Both the position numbers and the translations under genes were made by a program. Below, piece after piece: positions 24,801 through 39,700 of a stretch of DNA of 64,000 bases; the first letter of the stretch is position 1, and each line of letters starts with the position of its first letter. The notes under the pieces are model-generated. The model ran no database searches and was not told the origin of the DNA. It worked only from the letters and a program-made list of their open reading frames with translations. Source of the DNA: Takakia lepidozioides (taxonomy: Eukaryota > Plantae > Bryophyta); NCBI GenBank assembly GCA_030704615.1, contig CM060734.1, positions 27,032,001-27,096,000 on the forward strand, written 5' to 3'.

Positions 24801-27800
24801 GCTTTCAAACATTGCGAGTGTGTTGGACATACCTTGTCACATGCTCCTCTCAAGTATGAAGTCAATCAAAATGATTGAAAGGGTGAACCCATCGTTCGAT
24901 GTTCAAATGATTTTTGATTGCTTTCAAACATTGCGAGTGTGTTGGACATACCTTGTCAGAGGTACGTGTCGAGTATCAGGTCAATCAAAATTGATTCAAA
25001 GGGTGAACCCATCGTTCGATGTTCAAATGAATTTTTGATTGCTTTCAATCTTTGCGAGTGTGTTGGACATACCTTGTCACATGCTCCTCTCAAGTATGAA
25101 GTCAATCAAAATTGATTGAAAGGGTGAACCCATCGTTCGATGTTCAAATGATTTTTGATTGCTTTCAAACATTGCGAGTGTGTTGGACATACCTTGTCAG
25201 AGGTACGTGTCGAGTATCAGGTCAATCGAAATTGATTCAAAGGGTGAACCCATCGTTCGATGTTCAAATGAATTTTTGATTGCTTTCAATCTTTGCGAGT
25301 GTGTTGGACATACCTTGTCACATGCTCCTCTCAAGTATGAAGTCAATCAAAATTGATTGAAAGGGTGAACCCATCGTTCGATGTTCAAATGATTTTTGAT
25401 TGCTTTCAAACATTGCGAGTGTGTTGGACATACCTTGTCACATGCTCCTCTCAAGTATGAAGTCAATCAAAATTGATTGAAAGGGTGAACCCATCGTTCG
25501 ATGTTCAAATGAATTTTTGATTGCTTTCAATCTTGCGAGTGTGTTGGACATACCTTGTCACATGCTCCTCTCAAGTATGAAGTCAATCAAAATTGATTGA
25601 AAGGGTGAACCCATCGTTCGATGTTCAAATGATTTTTTGATTGCTTTCAATCTTTGCGAGTGTGTTGGACATACCTTGTCACATGCTCCTCTCAAGTATG
25701 AAGTCAATCAAAATTGATTGAAAGGGTGAACCCATCGTTCGATGTTCAAATGATTTTTGATTGCTTTCAAACATTGCGAGTGTGTTGGACATACCTTGTC
25801 ACATGCTCCTCTCAAGTATGAAGTCAATAAAAATTGATTGAAAGGGTGAACCCATCGTTCGATGTTCAAATGATTTTTGATTGCTTTCAAACATTGCGAG
25901 TGTGTTGGACATACCTTGTCAGAGGTACGTGTCGAGTATGAGGTCAATCGAAATTGATTCAAAGGGTGAACCCATCGTTCGATGTTCAAATGAATTTTTG
26001 ATTGCTTTCAATCTTTGCGAGTGTGTTGGACATACCTTGTCACATGCTCCTCTCAAGTATGAAGTCAATCAAAATTGATTGAAAGGGTGAACCCATCGTT
26101 CGATGTTCAAATGATCTTTGATTGCTTTCAAACATTGCGAGTGTGTTGGACATACCTTGTCAGAGGTACGTGTCGAGTATCAGGTCAATCGAAATTGATT
26201 CAAAGGGTGAACCCATCGTTCGATGTTCAAATGAATTTTTGATTGCTTTCAATCTTTGCGAGTGTGTTGGACATACCTTGTCACATGCTCCTCTCAAGTA
26301 TGAAGTCAATCAAAATTGATTGAAAGGGTGAACCCATCGTTCGATGTTCAAATGATTTTTGATTGCTTTCAAACATTGCGAGTGTGTTGGACATACCTTG
26401 TCACATGCTCCTCTCAAGTATGAAGTCAATCAAAATTGATTGAAAGGGTGAACCCATCGTTCGATGTTCAAATGAATTTTGATTGCTTTCAAACATTGCG
26501 AGTGTGTTGGACATACCTTGTCAGAGGTACCTGTCAAGTATGAAGTCAATCAAAATTGATTCAAAGGGTGAACCCATCGTTCGATGTTCAAATGAATTTT
26601 TGATTGCTTTCAATCTTTGCGAGTGTGTTGGACATACCTTGTCACATGCTCCTCTCAAGTATGAAGTCAATCAAAATTGATTGAAAGGGTGAACCCATCG
26701 TTCGATGTTCAAATGATTTTTGATTGCTTTCAACATTGCGAGTGTGTTGGACATACCTTGTCAGAGGTACGTGTCAAGTATCAGGTCAATCGAAATTGAT
26801 TCAAAGGGTGAACCCATCGTTCGATGTTCAAATGAATTTTTGATTGCTTTCAATCTTTGCGAGTGTGTTGGACATACCTTGTCACATGCTCCTCTCAAGT
26901 ATGAAGTCAATCAAAATTGATTGAAAGGGTGAACCCATCGTTCGATGTTCAAATGATTTTTGATTGCTTTCAAACATTGCGAGTGTGTTGGACATACCTT
27001 GTCACATGCTCCTCTCAAGTATGAAGTCAATCAAAATTGATTGAAAGGGTGAACCCATCGTTCGATGTTCAAATGATTTTTGATTGCTTTCAAACATTGC
27101 GAGTGTGTTGGACATACCTTGTCAGAGGTACGTGTCGAGTATGAGGTCAATCGAAATTGATTCAAAGGGTGAACCCATCGTTCGATGTTCAAATGAATTT
27201 TTGATTGCTTTCAATCTTTGCGAGTGTGTTGGACATACCTTGTCACATGCTCCTCTCAAGTATGAAGTCAATCAAAATTGATTGAAAGGGTGAACCCATC
27301 GTTCGATGTTCAAATGATTTTTGATTGCTTTCAAACATTGCGAGTGTGTTGGACATACCTTGTCAGAGGTACGTGTCAGTATCAGGTCAATCGAAATTGA
27401 TTCAAAGGGTGAACCCATCGTTCGATGTTCAAATGAATTTTTGATTGCTTTCAATCTTTGCGAGTGTGTTGGACATACCTTGTCACATGCTCCTCTCAAG
27501 TATGAAGTCAATCAAAATTGATTGAAAGGGTGAACCCATCGTTCGATGTTCAAATGATTTTTGATTGCTTTCAAACATTGCGAGTGTGTTGGACATACCT
27601 TGTCAGAGGTACGTGTCGAGTATCAGGTCAATCGAAATTGATTCAAAGGGTGAACCCATCGTTCGATGTTCAAATGAATTTTTGATTGCTTTCAATCTTT
27701 GCGAGTGTGTTGGACATACCTTGTCACATGCTCCTCTCAAGTATGAAGTCAATCGAAAATTGATTCAAAGGGTGAACCCATCGTTCGATGTTCAAATGAA

Positions 27801-28132
27801 TTTTTGATTGCTTTCAATCTTTGCGAGTGTGTTGGACATACCTTGTCACATGCTCCTCTCAAGTATGAAGTCAATCAAAATTGATTGAAAGGGTGAACCC
27901 ATCGTTCGATGTTCAAATGAATTTTTGATTGCTTTCAAACATTGCGAGTGTGTTGGACATACCTTGTCAGAGGTACGTGTCGAGTATGAGGTCAATCGAA
28001 ATTGATTCAAAGGGTGAACCCATCGTTCGATGTTCAAATGAATTTTTGATTGCTTTCAATCTTTGCGAGTGTGTTGGACATACCTTGTCACATGCTCCTC
28101 TCAAGTATGAAGTCAATCAAAATTGATTGAAA

Positions 28133-28252
28133 GGGTGAACCCATCGTTCGATGTTCAAATGATTTTTGATTGCTTTCAAACATTGCGAGTGTGTTGGACA
28201 TACCTTGTCAGAGGTACGTGTCGAGTATCAGGTCAATCGAAATTGATTCAAA
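28133..28252 (+). repeat. Representative type-B monomer (120 bp)
   Basis: Consensus GGGTGAACCCATCGTTCGATGTTCAAATGATYTTTGATTGCTTTCAAACATTGCGAGTGTGTTGGACATACCTTGTCAGAGGTACGTGTCGAGTATCAGGTCAATCGAAATTGATTCAAA. Confidence 0.95.
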
Positions 28253-28373
28253 GGGTGAACCCATCGTTCGATGTTCAAATGAATTTTTGATTGCTTTCAA
28301 TCTTTGCGAGTGTGTTGGACATACCTTGTCACATGCTCCTCTCAAGTATGAAGTCAATCAAAATTGATTGAAA
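28253..28373 (+). repeat. Representative type-A monomer (121 bp)
   Basis: Consensus GGGTGAACCCATCGTTCGATGTTCAAATGAATTTTTGATTGCTTTCAATCTTTGCGAGTGTGTTGGACATACCTTGTCACATGCTCCTCTCAAGTATGAAGTCAATCAAAATTGATTGAAA. Confidence 0.95.
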
Positions 28374-29454
28374 GGGTGAACCCATCGTTCGATGTTCAAA
28401 TGATCTTTGATTGCTTTCAAACATTGCGAGTGTGTTGGACATACCTTGTCAGAGGTACGTGTCGAGTATCAGGTCAATCGAAATTGATTCAAAGGGTGAA
28501 CCCATCGTTCGATGTTCAAATGAATTTTTGATTGCTTTCAATCTTTGCGAGTGTGTTGGACATACCTTGTCACATGCTCCTCTCAAGTATGAAGTCAATC
28601 AAAATTGATTGAAAGGGTGAACCCATCGTTCGATGTTCAAATGATTTTTGATTGCTTTCAATCTTTGCGAGTGTGTTGGACATACCTTGTCACATGCTCC
28701 TCTCAAGTATGAAGTCAATCAAAATTGATTGAAAGGGTGAACCCATCGTTCGATGTTCAAATGAATTTTTGATTGCTTTCAAACATTGCGAGTGTGTTGG
28801 ACATACCTTGTCACATGCTCCTCTCAAGTATGAAGTCAATCAAAATTGATTGAAAGGGTGAACCCATCGTTCGATGTTCAAATGATTTTGATTGCTTTCA
28901 AACATTGCGAGTGTGTTGGACATACCTTGTCAGAGGTACGTGTCAAGTATCAGTCAATCGAAATTGATTGAAAGGGTGAACCCATCGTTCGATGTTCAAA
29001 TGAATTTTTGATTGCTTTCAATCTTTGCGAGTGTGTTGGACATACCTTGTCACATGCTCCTCTCAAGTATGAAGTCAATCAAAATTGATTGAAAGGGTGA
29101 ACCCATCGTTCGATGTTCAAATGATCTTTGATTGCTTTCAAACATTGCGAGTGTGTTGGACATACCTTGTCAGAGGTACGTGTCGAGTATCAGGTCAATC
29201 GAAATTGATTCAAAGGGTGAACCCATCGTTCGATGTTCAAATGATTTTTGATTGCTTTCAATCTTTGCGAGTGTGTTGGACATACCTTGTCACATGCTCC
29301 TCTCAAGTATGAGGTCAATCAAAATTGATTCAAAGGGTGAACCCATTGTTCGATGTTCAAATGAATTTTGATTGCTTTCAATCTTTGCGAGTGTGTTGGA
29401 CATACCTTGTCACATGCTCCTCTCAAGTATGAAGTCAATCAAAATTGATTGAAA

Positions 29455-30772
29455 GGGTGAACCCATCGTTCGATGTTCAAATGAATTTTGATTGCTTTCA
29501 AACATTGCGAGTGTGTTGGACATACCTTGTCAGAGGTACGTGTCGAGTATGAGGTCAATCGAAATTGATTCAAAGGGTGAACCCATCGTTCGATGTTCAA
29601 ATGAATTTTTGATTGCTTTCAATCTTTGCGAGTGTGTTGGACATACCTTGTCACATGCTCCTCTCAAGTATGAAGTCAATCAAAATTGATTGAAAGGGTG
29701 AACCCATCGTTCGATGTTCAAATGATCTTTGATTGCTTTCAAACATTGCGAGTGTGTTGGACATACCTTGTCAGAGGTACGTGTCGAGTATCATGTCAAT
29801 CGAAATGGATTCAAAGGGTGAACCCATCGTTCGATGTTCAAATGAATTTTTGATTGCTTTCAATCTTTGCGAGTGTGTTGGACATACCTTGTCACATGCT
29901 CCTCTCAAGTATGAAGTCAATCAAAACAAAGGGTGAACCCATCGTTCGATGTTCAAATGATTTTTGATTGCTTTCAATCTTTGCGAGTGTGTTGGACATA
30001 CCTTGTCACATGCTCCTCTCAAGTATGAAGTCAATCAAATTGATTGAAAGGGTGAACCCATCGTTCGATGTTCAAATGAATTTTTGATTGCTTTCAAACA
30101 TTGCGAGTGTGTTGGACATACCTTGTCACATGCTCCTCTCAAGTATGAAGTCAATCAAAATTGATTGAAAGGGTGAACCCATCGTTCGATGTTCAAATGA
30201 TCTTTGATTGCTTTCAAACATTGCGAGTGTGTTGGACATACCTTGTCAGAGGTACGTGTCAAGTATCATGTCAATCAAAATGGATTCAAAGGGTGAACCC
30301 ATCGTTCGATGTTCAAATGAATTTTTGATTGCTTTCAATCTTTGCGAGTGTGTTGGACATACCTTGTCACATGCTCCTCTCAAGTATGAAGTCAATCAAA
30401 ATTGATTGAAAGGGTGAACCCATCGTTCGATGTTCAAATGATCTTTGATTGCTTTCAAACATTGCGAGTGTGTTGGACATACCTTGTCAGAGGTACGTGT
30501 CGAGTATCAGGTCAATCGAAATTGATTCAAAGGGTGAACCCATCGTTCGATGTTCAAATGAATTTTTGATTGCTTCAATCTTTGCGAGTGTGTTGGACAT
30601 ACCTTGTCACATGCTCCTCTCAAGTATGAGGTCAATCGAAATTGATTCAAAGGGTGAACCCATCGTTCGATGTTCAAATGAATTTTTGATTGCTTTCAAT
30701 CTTTGCGAGTGTGTTGGACATACCTTGTCACATGCTCCTCTCAAGTATGAAGTCAATCAAAATTGATTGAAA
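29455..30772 (+). repeat. 11-monomer higher-order repeat copy
   Basis: Same monomer order and positional variants (TATGAGG in unit 1, shortened tail in unit 4, CAAGTATCATG in unit 7, hybrid in unit 10). Confidence 0.75.
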
Positions 30773-33700
30773 GGGTGAACCCATCGTTCGATGTTCAAAT
30801 GAATTTTGATTGCTTTCAAACATTGCGAGTGTGTTGGACATACCTTGTCAGAGGTACGTGTCGAGTATGAGGTCAATCGAAATTGATTCAAAGGGTGAAC
30901 CCATCGTTCGATGTTCAAATGAATTTTTGATTGCTTTCAATCTTTGCGAGTGTGTTGGACATACCTTGTCACATGCTCCTCTCAAGTATGAAGTCAATCA
31001 AAATTGATTGAAAGGGTGAACCCATCGTTCGATGTTCAAATGATCTTTGATTGCTTTCAAACATTGCGAGTGTGTTGGACATACCTTGTCAGAGGTACGT
31101 GTCGAGTATCAGTCAATCGAAATTGATTCAAAGGGTGAACCCATCGTTCGATGTTCAAATGAATTTTTGATTGCTTTCAATCTTTGCGAGTGTGTTGGAC
31201 ATACCTTGTCACATGCTCCTCTCAAGTATGAAGTCAATCAAAATTGATTGAAAGGGTGAACCCATCGTTCGATGTTCAAATGATTTTTGATTGCTTTCAA
31301 TCTTTGCGAGTGTGTTGGACATACCTTGTCACATGCTCCTCTCAAGTATGAAGTCAATCAAAATTGATTGAAAGGGTGAACCCATCGTTCGATGTTCAAA
31401 TGAATTTTGATTGCTTTCAAACATTGCGAGTGTGTTGGACATACCTTGTCAGAGGTACGTGTCAGTATGAGGTCAATCGAAATTGATTCAAAGGGTGAAC
31501 CCATCGTTCGATGTTCAAATGAATTTTTGATTGCTTTCAATCTTTGCGAGTGTGTTGGACATACCTTGTCACATGCTCCTCTCAAGTATGAAGTCAATCA
31601 AAATTGATTGAAAGGGTGAACCCATCGTTCGATGTTCAAATGATCTTTGATTGCTTTCAAACATTGCGAGTGTGTTGGACATACCTTGTCAGAGGTACGT
31701 GTCGAGTATCAGGTCAATCGAAATTGATTCAAAGGGTGAACCCATCGTTCGATGTTCAAATGAATTTTTGATTGCTTTCAATCTTTGCGAGTGTGTTGGA
31801 CATACCTTGTCACATGCTCCTCTCAAGTATGAAGTCAATCAAAATTGATTGAAAGGGTGAACCATCGTTCGATGTTCAAATGATCTTTGATTGCTTCAAA
31901 CATTGCGAGTGTGTTGGACATACCTTGTCAGAGGTACGTGTCGAGTATCAGGTCAATCGAAATTGATTCAAAGGGTGAACCCATCGTTCGATGTTCAAAT
32001 GAATTTTTGATTGCTTTCAATCTTTGCGAGTGTGTTGGACATACCTTGTCACATGCTCCTCTCAAGTATGAGTCAATCGAAATTGATTCAAAGGGTGAAC
32101 CCATCGTTCGATGTTCAAATGAATTTTGATTGCTTTCAATCTTTGCGAGTGTGTGGACATACCTTGTCACATGCTCCTCTCAAGTATGAAGTCAATCAAA
32201 ATTGATTGAAAGGGTGAACCCATCGTTCGATGTTCAAATGATTTTTGATTGCTTTCAATCTTTGCGAGTGTGTTGGACATACCTTGTCACATGCTCCTCT
32301 CAAGTATGAAGTCAAAATTGATTGAAAGGGTGAACCCATCGTTCGATGTTCAAATGATTTTGATTGCTTTCAAACATGGCGAGTGTGTTGGACATACCTT
32401 GTCAGAGGTACATGTCAAGTATGAGGTCAATCGAAATTGATTCAAAGGGTGAACCCATCGTTCGATGTTCAAATGAATTTTTGATTGCTTTCAATCTTTG
32501 CGAGTGTGTTGGACATACCTTGTCACATGCTCCTCTCAAGTATGAAGTCAATCAAAATTGATTGAAAGGGTGAACCCATCGTTCGATGTTCAAATGATCT
32601 TTGATTGCTTTCAAACATGGCGAGGTGTTGGACATACCTTGTCAGAGGTACGTGTCGAGTATCAGGTCAATCGAAATTGATTCAAAGGGTGAACCCATCG
32701 TTCGATGTTCAAATGAATTTTTGATTGCTTTCAATCTTTGCGAGTGTGTTGGACATCTTGTCACATGCTCCTCTCAAGTATGAAGTCAATCAAATTGATT
32801 GAAAGGGTGAACCCATCGTTCGATGTTCAAATGATCTTTGATTGCTTTCAAACATTGCGAGTGTGTTGGACATACCTTGTCAGAGGTACGTGTCGAGTAT
32901 CAGGTCAATCGAAATTGATTCAAAGGGTGAACCCATCGTCGATGTTCAAATGAATTTTTGATTGCATTCAATCTTTGCGAGTGTGTTGGACATACCTTGT
33001 CACATGCTCCTCTCAAGTATGAGTCAATCGAAATTGATTCAAAGGGTGAACCCATCGTTCGATGTTCAAATGATTTTTGATTGCTTTCAATCTTTGCGAG
33101 TGTGTTGGACATACCTTGTCACATGCTCCTCTCAAGTATGAAGTCAATCAAAATTGATTGAAAGGGTGAACCCATCATCGATTCGATGTTCAAATGAATT
33201 TGATTGCTTTCAAACATTGCGAGTGTGTTGGACATACCTTGTCAGAGGTACGTGTCGAGTACAGGTCAATCGAAATTGATTCAAAGGGTGAACCCATCGT
33301 TCGATGTTCAAATGAATTTTTGATTGCTTTCAATCTTTGCGAGTGTGTTGGACATACCTTGTCACATGCTCCTCTCAAGTATGAGGTCAATCGAAATTGA
33401 TTCAAAGGGTGAACCCATGTTCGATGTTCAAATGAATTTTTGATTGCTTTCAATCTTTGCGAGTGTGTTGGACATACCTTGTCACATGCTCCTCTCAAGT
33501 ATGAAGTCAATCAAAATTGATTGAAAGGGTGAACCCATCGTTCGATGTTCAAATGATCTTTGATTGCTTTCAAACATTGCGAGTGTGTTGGACATACCTT
33601 GTCAGAGGTACGTGTCGAGTATCATGTCAATCGAAATTGATTCAAAGGGTGAACCCATCGTTCGATGTTCAAATGAATTTGATTGCTTTCAATCTTTGCG

Positions 33701-36700
33701 AGTGTGTTGGACATACCTTGTCACATGCTCCTCTCAAGTATGAAGTCAATCAAAAAAAAAAAAGGGTGAACCCATCGTTCGATGTTCAAATGATTTTTGA
33801 TTGCTTTCAATCTTTGCGAGTGTGTTGGACATACCTTGTCACATGCTCCTCTCAAGTATGAAGTCAATCAAAATTGATTGAAAGGGTGAACCCATCGTTC
33901 GATGTTCAAATGAATTTGATTGCTTTCAAACATTGCGAGTGTGTTGGACATACCTTGTCACATGCTCCTCTCAAGTATGAAGTCAATCAAAATTGATTGA
34001 AAGGGTGAACCCATCGTTCGATGTTCAAATGATCTTTGATTGCTTTCAAACATTGCGAGTGTGTTGGACATACCTTGTCACATGCTCTCTCAAGTATGAA
34101 GTCAATCAAAATTGATTGAAAGGGTGAACCCATCGTTCGATGTTCAAATGATTTTTGATTGCTTTCAAACATTGCGAGTGTGTTGGACATACCTTGTCAG
34201 AGGTACGTGTCAAGTATCAGGTCAATCGAAATTGATTCAAAGGGTGAACCCATCGTTCGATGTTCAAATGAATTTTTGATTGCTTTCAATCTTTGCGAGT
34301 GTGTTGGACATACCTTGTCACATGCTCCTCTCAAGTATGAAGTCAATCAAAATTGATTGAAAGGGTGAACCCATCGTTCGATGTTCAAATGATCTTTGAT
34401 TGCTTTCAAACATTGCGAGTGTGTTGGACATACCTTGTCAGAGGTACGTGTCGAGTATCAGGTCAATCGAAATTGATTCAAAGGGTGAACCCATCGTTCG
34501 ATGTTCAAATGAATTTTGATTGCTTTCAATCTTTGCGAGTGTGTTGGACATACCTTGTCACACTCCTCTCAAGTATGAAGTCAATCAAAATTGATTGAAA
34601 GGGTGAACCCATCGTTCGATGTTCAAATGATTTTGATTGCTTTCAACATTGCGAGAGTGTGTTGGACATACCTTGTCACATGCTCCTCTCAAGTATGAAG
34701 TCAATCAAAATTGATTGAAAGGGTGAACCCATCGTTCGATGTTCAAATGATCTTTGATTGCTTTCAAACATTGCGAGTGTGTTGGACATACCTTGTCAGA
34801 GGTACGTGTCAAGTATCGTCAATCGAAATTGATTCAAAGGGTGAACCCATCGTTCGATGTTCAAATGAATTTTTGATTGCTTTCAATCTTTGCGAGTGTG
34901 TTGGACATACCTTGTCACATGCTCCTCTCAAGTATGAGGTCAATCGAAATTGATTCAAAGGGTGAACCCATGTTCGATGTTCAAATGAATTTTGATTGCT
35001 TTCAATCTTTGCGAGTGTGTTGGACATACCTTGTCACATGCTCCTCTCAAGTATGAAGTCAATCAAAATTGATTGAAAGGGTGAACCCATCGTTCGATGT
35101 TCAAATGATTTTTGATTGCTTTCAAACATTGCGAGTGTGTTGGACATACCTTGTCAGAGGTACGTGTCGAGTATGAGGTCAATCGAAATTGATTCAAAGG
35201 GTGAACCCATCGTTCGATGTTCAAATGAATTTTGATTGCTTTCAATCTTTGCGAGTGTGTTGGACATACCTTGTCACATGCTCCTCTCAAGTATGAAGTC
35301 AATCAAAATTGATTGAAAGGGTGAACCCATCGTTCGATGTTCAAATGATCTTTGATTGCTTTCAAACATGGCGAGTGTGTTGGACATACCTTGTCAGAGG
35401 TACGTGTCGAGTATCATGTCAATCGAAATGGATTCAAAGGGTGAACCCATCGTTCGATGTTCAAATGAATTTTTGATTGCTTTCAATCTTGCGAGTGTTT
35501 GGACATACCTTGTCACATGCTCCTCTCAAGTATGAAGTCAATCAAAATTGATTGAAAGGGTGAACCCATCGTTCGATGTTCAAATGATTTTGATTGCTTT
35601 CAATCTTTGCGAGTGTGTTGGACATACCTTGTCACATGCTCCTCTCAAGTATGAAGTCAATCAAAATTGATTGAAAGGTGAACCCATCGTTCGATGTTCA
35701 AATGAATTTTTGATTGCTTTCAAACATTGCGAGTGTGTTGGACTTACCTTGTCAGAGGTACGTGTCAAGTATCAGTCAATCGAAATTGATTCAAAGGTTG
35801 AACCCATCGTTCGATGTTCAAATGATTTTTGATTGCTTTCAATCTTTGCGAGTGTGTTGGACATACCTTGTCACATGCTCCTCTCAAGTATGAAGTCAAT
35901 CAAAATTGATTGAAAGGGTGAACCCATCGTTCGATGTTCAAATGATTTTGATTGCTTTCAAACATTGCGAGTGTGTTGGACATACCTTGTCAGAGGTACG
36001 TGTCAAGTATGAGGTCAATCGAAATTGATTGAAAGGGTGAACCCATCGTTCGATGTTCAAATGAATTGATTGCTTTCAAACTTTGCGAGTGTGTTGGACA
36101 TACCTTGTCACATGCTCCTCTCAAGTATGAGGTCAATCGAAATTGATTCAAAGGGTGAACCCATCGTTCGATGTTCAAATGAATTTTTGATTGCTTTCAA
36201 TCTTTGCGAGTGTGTTGGACATACCTTGTCACATGCTCCTCTCAAGTATGAAGTCAATCAAAATTGATTGAAAGGGTGAACCCATCGTTCGATGTTCAAA
36301 TGATCTTTGATTGCTTTCAAACATTGCGAGTGTGTGGCCTACCTTGTCAGAGGTACGTGTCGAGTATCAGGTCAATCGAAATTGATTCAAAGGGTGAACC
36401 CATCGTTCGATGTTCAAATGAATTTTTGATTGCTTTCAATCTTTGCGAGTGTGTTGGACATACCTTGTCACATGCTCCTCTCAAGTATGAAGTCAATCAA
36501 ATTGATTGAAAGGGTGAACCCATCGTTCGATGTTCAAATGATTTTTGATTGCTTTCAAACATTGCGAGTGTGTTGGACATACCTTGTCACATGCTCCTCT
36601 CAAGTATGAAGTCAATCAAAATTGATTGAAAGGGTGAACCCATCGTTCGATGTTCAAATGATTTTGATTGCTTTCAAACATTGCGAGTGTGTTGGACATA

Positions 36701-39700
36701 CCTTGTCAGAGGTACGTGTCGAGTATCAGGTCAATCGAAATGATTCAAAGGGTGAACCCATCGTTCGATGTTCAAATGATTTTTGATTGCTTTCAATCTT
36801 TGCGAGTGTGTTGGACATACCTTGTCACATGCTCCTCTCAAGTATGAAGTCAATCAAAATTGATTGAAAGGGTGAACCCATCGTTCGATGTTCAAATGAT
36901 CTTTGATTGCTTTCAAACATTGCGAGTGTGTTGGACATACCTTGTCAGAGGTACGTGTCGAGTATCAGTCAATCGAAATTGATTCAAAGGGTGAACCCAT
37001 CGTTCGATGTTCAAATGAATTTTTGATTGCTTTCAATCTTGCGAGTGTGTTGGACATACCTTGTCACATGCTCCTCTCAAGTATGAAGTCAATCAAAATT
37101 GATTGAAAGGGTGAACCCATCGTTCGATGTTCAAATGATTTTTGATTGCTTTCAAACATTGCGAGTGTGTTGGACATACCTTGTCACATGCTCCTCTCAA
37201 GTATGAAGTCAATCAAAATTGATTGAAAGGGTGAACCCATCGTTCGATGTTCAAATGATTTTTGATTGCTTTCAAACATTGCGAGTGTGTTGGACATACC
37301 TTGTCAGAGGTACGTGTCGAGTATGAGGTCAATCGAAATTGATTCAAAGGGTGAACCCATCGTTCGATGTTCAAATGAATTTTTGATTGCTTTCAATCTT
37401 TGCGAGTGTGTTGGACATACCTTGTCACATGCTCCTCTCAAGTATGAAGTCAATCAAAATTGATTGAAAGGGTGAACCCATCGTTCGATGTTCAAATGAT
37501 TTTTGATTGCTTTCAATCTTTGCGAGTGTGTTGGACATACCTTGTCACATGCTCCTCTCAAGTATGAAGTCAATCAAAATTGATTGAAAGGGTGAACCCA
37601 TCGTTCGATGTTCAAATGATTTTTGATTGCTTTCAAACATTGCGAGTGTGTTGGACATACCTTGTCAGAGGTACGTGTCGAGTATGAGGTCAATCGAAAT
37701 TGATTCAAAGGGTGAACCCATCGTTCGATGTTCAAATGAATTTTTGATTGCTTTCAATCTTTGCGAGTGTGTTGGACATACCTTGTCACATGCTCCTCTC
37801 AAGTATGAAGTCAATCAAAATTGATTGAAAGGGTGAACCCATCGTTCGATGTTCAAATGATCTTTGATTGCTTTCAAACATTGCGAGTGTGTTGGACATA
37901 CCTTGTCAGAGGTACGTGTCAAGTATCAGGTCAATCGAAATGATTCAAAGGTTGAACCCATCGTTCGATGTTCAAATGAATTTTTGATTGCTTTCAATCT
38001 TTGCGAGTGTGTTGGACATACCTTGTCACATGCTCCTCTCAAGTATGAAGTCAATCAAAATTGATTGAAAGGGTGAACCCATCGTTCGATGTTCAAATGA
38101 TTTTGATTGCTTTCAACATTGCGAGTGTGTTGGACATACCTTGTCAGAGGTACGTGTCAGTATGAGTCAATCGAAATTGATTGAAAGGGTGAACCCATCG
38201 TTCGATGTTCAAATGAATTTTTGATTGCTTTCAATCTTTGCGAGTGTGTTGGACATACCTTGTCAGAGGCTCCTCTCAAGTATGAGTCAATCGAAATTGA
38301 TTCAAAGGGTGAACCCATCGTTCGATGTTCAAATGAATTTTTGATTGCTTTCAATCTTTGCGAGTGTGTTGGACATACCTTGTCACATGCTCCTCTCAAG
38401 TATGAAGTCAATCAAAATTGATTGAAAGGGTGAACCCATCGTTCGATGTTCAAATGATTTTTGATTGCTTTCAAACATTGCGAGTGTGTTGGACATACCT
38501 TGTCACATGCTCCTCTCAAGTATGAAGTCAATCAAAATTGATTGAAAGGGTGAACCCATCGTTCGATGTTCAAATGATCTTTGATTGCTTTCAAACATTG
38601 CGAGTGTGTTGGACATACCTTGTCAGAGGTACGTGTCAAGTATCAGGTCAATCGAAATTGATTCAAAGGGTGAACCCATCGTTCGATGTTCAAATGAATT
38701 TTGATTGCTTTCAATCTTTGCGAGTGTGTTGGACATACCTTGTCACATGCTCCTCTCAAGTATGAAGTCAATCAAAATTGATTGAAAGGGTGAACCCATC
38801 GTTCGATGTTCAAATGATTTTTGATTGCTTTCAAACATTGCGAGTGTGTTGGACATACCTTGTCAGAGGTACGTGTCGAGTATGAGGTCAATCGAAATTG
38901 ATTCAAAGGGTGAACCCATCGTTCGATGTTCAAATGAATTTTTGATTGCTTTCAATCTTTGCGAGTGTGTTGGACATACCTTGTCACATGCTCCTCTCAA
39001 GTATGAAGGTCAATCAAAATTGATTGAAAGGGTGAACCCATCGTTCGATGTTCAAATGATTTTTGATTGCTTTCAATCTTTGCGAGTGTGTTGGACATAC
39101 CTTGTCACATGCTCCTCTCAAGTATGAAGTCAATCAAAATTGATTGAAAGGGTGAACCCATCGTTCGATGTTCAAATGATTTTTGATTGCTTTCAATCTT
39201 TGCGAGTGTGTTGGACATACCTTGTCACATGCTCCTCTCAAGTATGAAGTCAATCAAAATTGATTGAAAGGGTGAACCCATCGTTCGATGTTCAAATGAT
39301 TTTTGATTGCTTTCAAACATTGCGAGTGTGTTGGACATACCTTGTCAGAGGTACGTGTCAAGTATCAGGTCAATCGAAATTGATTCAAAGGGTGAACCCA
39401 TCGTTCGATGTTCAAATGAATTTTTGATTGCTTTCAATCTTTGCGAGTGTGTTGGACATACCTTGTCACATGCTCCTCTCAAGTATGAAGTCAATCAAAA
39501 TTGATTGAAAGGGTGAACCCATCGTTCGATGTTCAAATGATCTTTGATTGCTTCAAACATTGCGAGTGTGTTGGACATACCTTGTCAGAGGTACGTGTCG
39601 AGTATCAGGTCAATCGAAATTGATTGAAAGGGTGAACCCATCGTTCGATGTTCAAATGAATTTTTGATTGCTTTCAATCTTTGCGAGTGTGTTGGACATA

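Noticed and set aside
33751-33763. A-run resembling a retroelement poly(A) tail
   Set aside because: It replaces TTGATTG within a normal monomer at a position also altered at ~18010 and ~29925. There is no inserted sequence or target-site duplication.
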